Positions 62,395 to 64,000 of a stretch of 64,000 nt of DNA are shown piece after piece. The stretch is from Diplonema japonicum. Taxonomy: Eukaryota > Protista > Euglenozoa: Diplonemea. The first letter of the stretch is position 1; every line of letters begins with the position of its first letter. Under the pieces are notes generated by a model, which saw nothing but the letters and a program-made list of their open reading frames with translations, made no database searches and was not told where the DNA came from. The stretch is taken from positions 517,589 to 581,588 of the forward strand of contig OZ025685.1 in the NCBI GenBank assembly GCA_964019335.1, read 5' to 3'. The translations under genes were made by a program, and so were the position numbers.

Positions 62395-64000
62395 TGTTCT
62401 TCCCAGGTGGGGTGGGGGGTTCCCGCCCAATGGCTATGGACGTGGTCATCGTGCACCCGAGGAACGAGTCTTGTGTCAACCAGGCGGCGAAGACTGCGGG
62501 GTACGCAGCGGCGAAGGCGGAACACTACAAGCGCCAGAAGTATGAGGCGGAGCTCGCCAAGACACGCGTGGCCTTTGTACCTTTCGCGATGGAGACCTTT
62601 GGGGGGTTCGGGGGGGCAGCAGTCTACCTCACGAAGAAACTGTCCAGGAGCATAGCTGCGCGGGCTCACGGGGACAGAGTCTCGATACACAGGCGTGTGG
62701 TCCAAGAGGTGTCAACGGCCATGATGAGATCGATAGCAGGGGCGCTGTTAGTCAAAGGGCCTGTACAGTTGGATCCAGGGCCCCCGGTACCGGACGGCGA
62801 AGAGGAAAAAAAGGACAACGAGGAAGCGAACAACGAACCCAACACTGAATCCAACACTGACCTCACAGAGGACTCCTTCGGCAATGAAAAAACCACCGAA
62901 GCTGAGGAGTCGTCCGAGAGGGAAGTGAAGGGACAGGGAGGCGGACCCCCAATCACGGTGGCCCACCAGCTGGATGCCCTTCTGGAGCAGACGAAGAAGG
63001 ACCTGGACGCCCGAATGCAGCAGCAGCGAAAGGCGGAACCGGTGGAGGGTGGAACACAAGGGAAAGCGGGAGCAGGACTCGAAGCAGCCTCGCCGGGAGG
63101 AGAAGACACGGAGATGGCCGGAACAGGATCCAGCGAGAGGGCTGGGCAGGGAGGGGGGCTTGACCCGAAGGCCCAGGAAGATGGGAAGAGACAAGGGGCG
63201 ACTGACGCTGCGGTGAACCAGACCTTGGACCAGTGTCCTAAGGGGGATACGGAGGCCCAGAGGGACTCGAACAAGGGGGACCAGAGTGCGACAACTGCTA
63301 CGAGGAAGATGACCGTGAGCGAATTCTGTAGGGAACAAGCTGCGAAGAGACAGGGCGGTGGGAGGACTCTGAAGCCGCAGGCGGATGACGCCCCCGAAGG
63401 GACCAAAGAGGGCGGGAACGCACCGAGCGGAGGCAGCCAGTCGGGGCCTGACACACCTAGGGGTGGGATCCAGACGCCGGAGGGAGATCAGCTGATGGGA
63501 GTCGGGGCACCGGAAAGGGAACAGCAGGTGGAAGTAGGGGGAGACTTCGTTCAGCTTGACCCGATTGATGTGGTGATGGGCATCCCAATTCCGAGAGCGA
63601 TGGTGCCACTGAGGGCGAGGCCGGGGGACCGACTGCTCAAGTTCATCATCCAGTTCGAGATCACGTACGCGTGTGGGTGTTCGGCGGTGCAACCTGTTCG
63701 TTTCAAGGGGACTCTGGAAACGGCATGGAGGGTGGTCAAGTTGCAGACCCGGGGGTGCAGACACCACCCGACACCGGGGAAGGAAGGGGTAGTGGGCATT
63801 GCGGCGGGAGCCGGCGCTACCAAGGTGACACTACGTGAGTTCTTGGAGAGGTGCGACGCAAGGATAAGGGCCCCAGAGGGAAAGGTCAAGGACCTGATCA
63901 AAGTGAAGGCGTGGGTGAGGGATGGAAGGAAGGTCACCCTCGACGTCTACGAGGGGAGGGGGCCCTGCGAGAACCCGCAAACCCGCAAACCCGCAAACCC
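62394..64000 (+). CDS. C-terminal part of RLE plus >400-aa extension; open to the window end (absent from the ORF track)
   Basis: Manual translation: 'LFFPGG...AMDVVIVHP...AEHYKRQKY...FVPFAMETFGGFG', then an acidic/Gly linker and 'LLKFIIQFEITYACGCSAV...'; no stop codon. Confidence 0.85.
   Translation, partial: MFFPGGVGGSRPMAMDVVIVHPRNESCVNQAAKTAGYAAAKAEHYKRQKYEAELAKTRVAFVPFAMETFGGFGGAAVYLTKKLSRSIAARAHGDRVSIHRRVVQEVSTAMMRSIAGALLVKGPVQLDPGPPVPDGEEEKKDNEEANNEPNTESNTDLTEDSFGNEKTTEAEESSEREVKGQGGGPPITVAHQLDALLEQTKKDLDARMQQQRKAEPVEGGTQGKAGAGLEAASPGGEDTEMAGTGSSERAGQGGGLDPKAQEDGKRQGATDAAVNQTLDQCPKGDTEAQRDSNKGDQSATTATRKMTVSEFCREQAAKRQGGGRTLKPQADDAPEGTKEGGNAPSGGSQSGPDTPRGGIQTPEGDQLMGVGAPEREQQVEVGGDFVQLDPIDVVMGIPIPRAMVPLRARPGDRLLKFIIQFEITYACGCSAVQPVRFKGTLETAWRVVKLQTRGCRHHPTPGKEGVVGIAAGAGATKVTLREFLERCDARIRAPEGKVKDLIKVKAWVRDGRKVTLDVYEGRGPCENPQTRKPAN
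63972..64000 (-). repeat. (AAACCCGC)n array, the same octamer in opposite orientation, running off the window
   Basis: AACCCGCAAACCCGCAAACCCGCAAACCC. Confidence 0.9.

Larger units (their letters stand above)
55971..64000 (+). mobile_element. CRE/SLACS-like non-LTR retrotransposon (RT + restriction-like endonuclease) with AlkB and OTU domains; 3' end outside the window; this copy is frameshifted
   Basis: Continuous GC-rich, mostly purine-skewed block starting at the SL. Domain order: Ala-rich, AlkB, repeats, hydrophobic segments, C2H2, OTU, ZnF, RT, CCHC, RLE. Inclusion of the 5' part is inferred from composition and frame continuity. Confidence 0.85.

Overview
Eukaryotic nuclear DNA, most likely from a diplonemid (Euglenozoa). 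The evidence is a near-complete diplonemid-type spliced-leader (SL) sequence at 55971-56007 and about 25 protein genes, all on the + strand. Many genes have an AG acceptor a few nt upstream of the ATG, which fits polycistronic transcription with trans-splicing. Genes contain tiny (32-73 nt) GT-AG introns, and intergenic DNA is rich in homopolymers. Recognisable products: an EF-hand/WD40 protein, prolyl 4-hydroxylase, a StrG-like dioxygenase, a C9orf85/DUF2039 protein, WW proteins, F-box/WD40, LRR-PDZ, a 2029-aa Ig-like membrane protein, a GH43 hydrolase, a selenocysteine-type selenophosphate synthetase (in-frame UGA plus candidate SECIS), a CCCH finger, a VAP/MSP protein, cystinosin and RBMX2/Snu17. 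Two TA-flanked non-autonomous TIR transposons and a retroelement relic are also present. The most notable object is a >8 kb CRE/SLACS-like non-LTR retrotransposon from 55971 to past the window end. It starts with the host SL exon and encodes, in order, an Ala-rich region, an AlkB-family 2OG-Fe(II) dioxygenase, repeats with intron-like segments, hydrophobic segments, Zn fingers, an OTU protease, RT, a restriction-like endonuclease and a long C-terminal extension. Its endonuclease catalytic PD motif is replaced by a (GCGGGTTT)5 array, and the same octamer recurs inverted at the window end. All family assignments come from reading motifs by eye; no searches were run.
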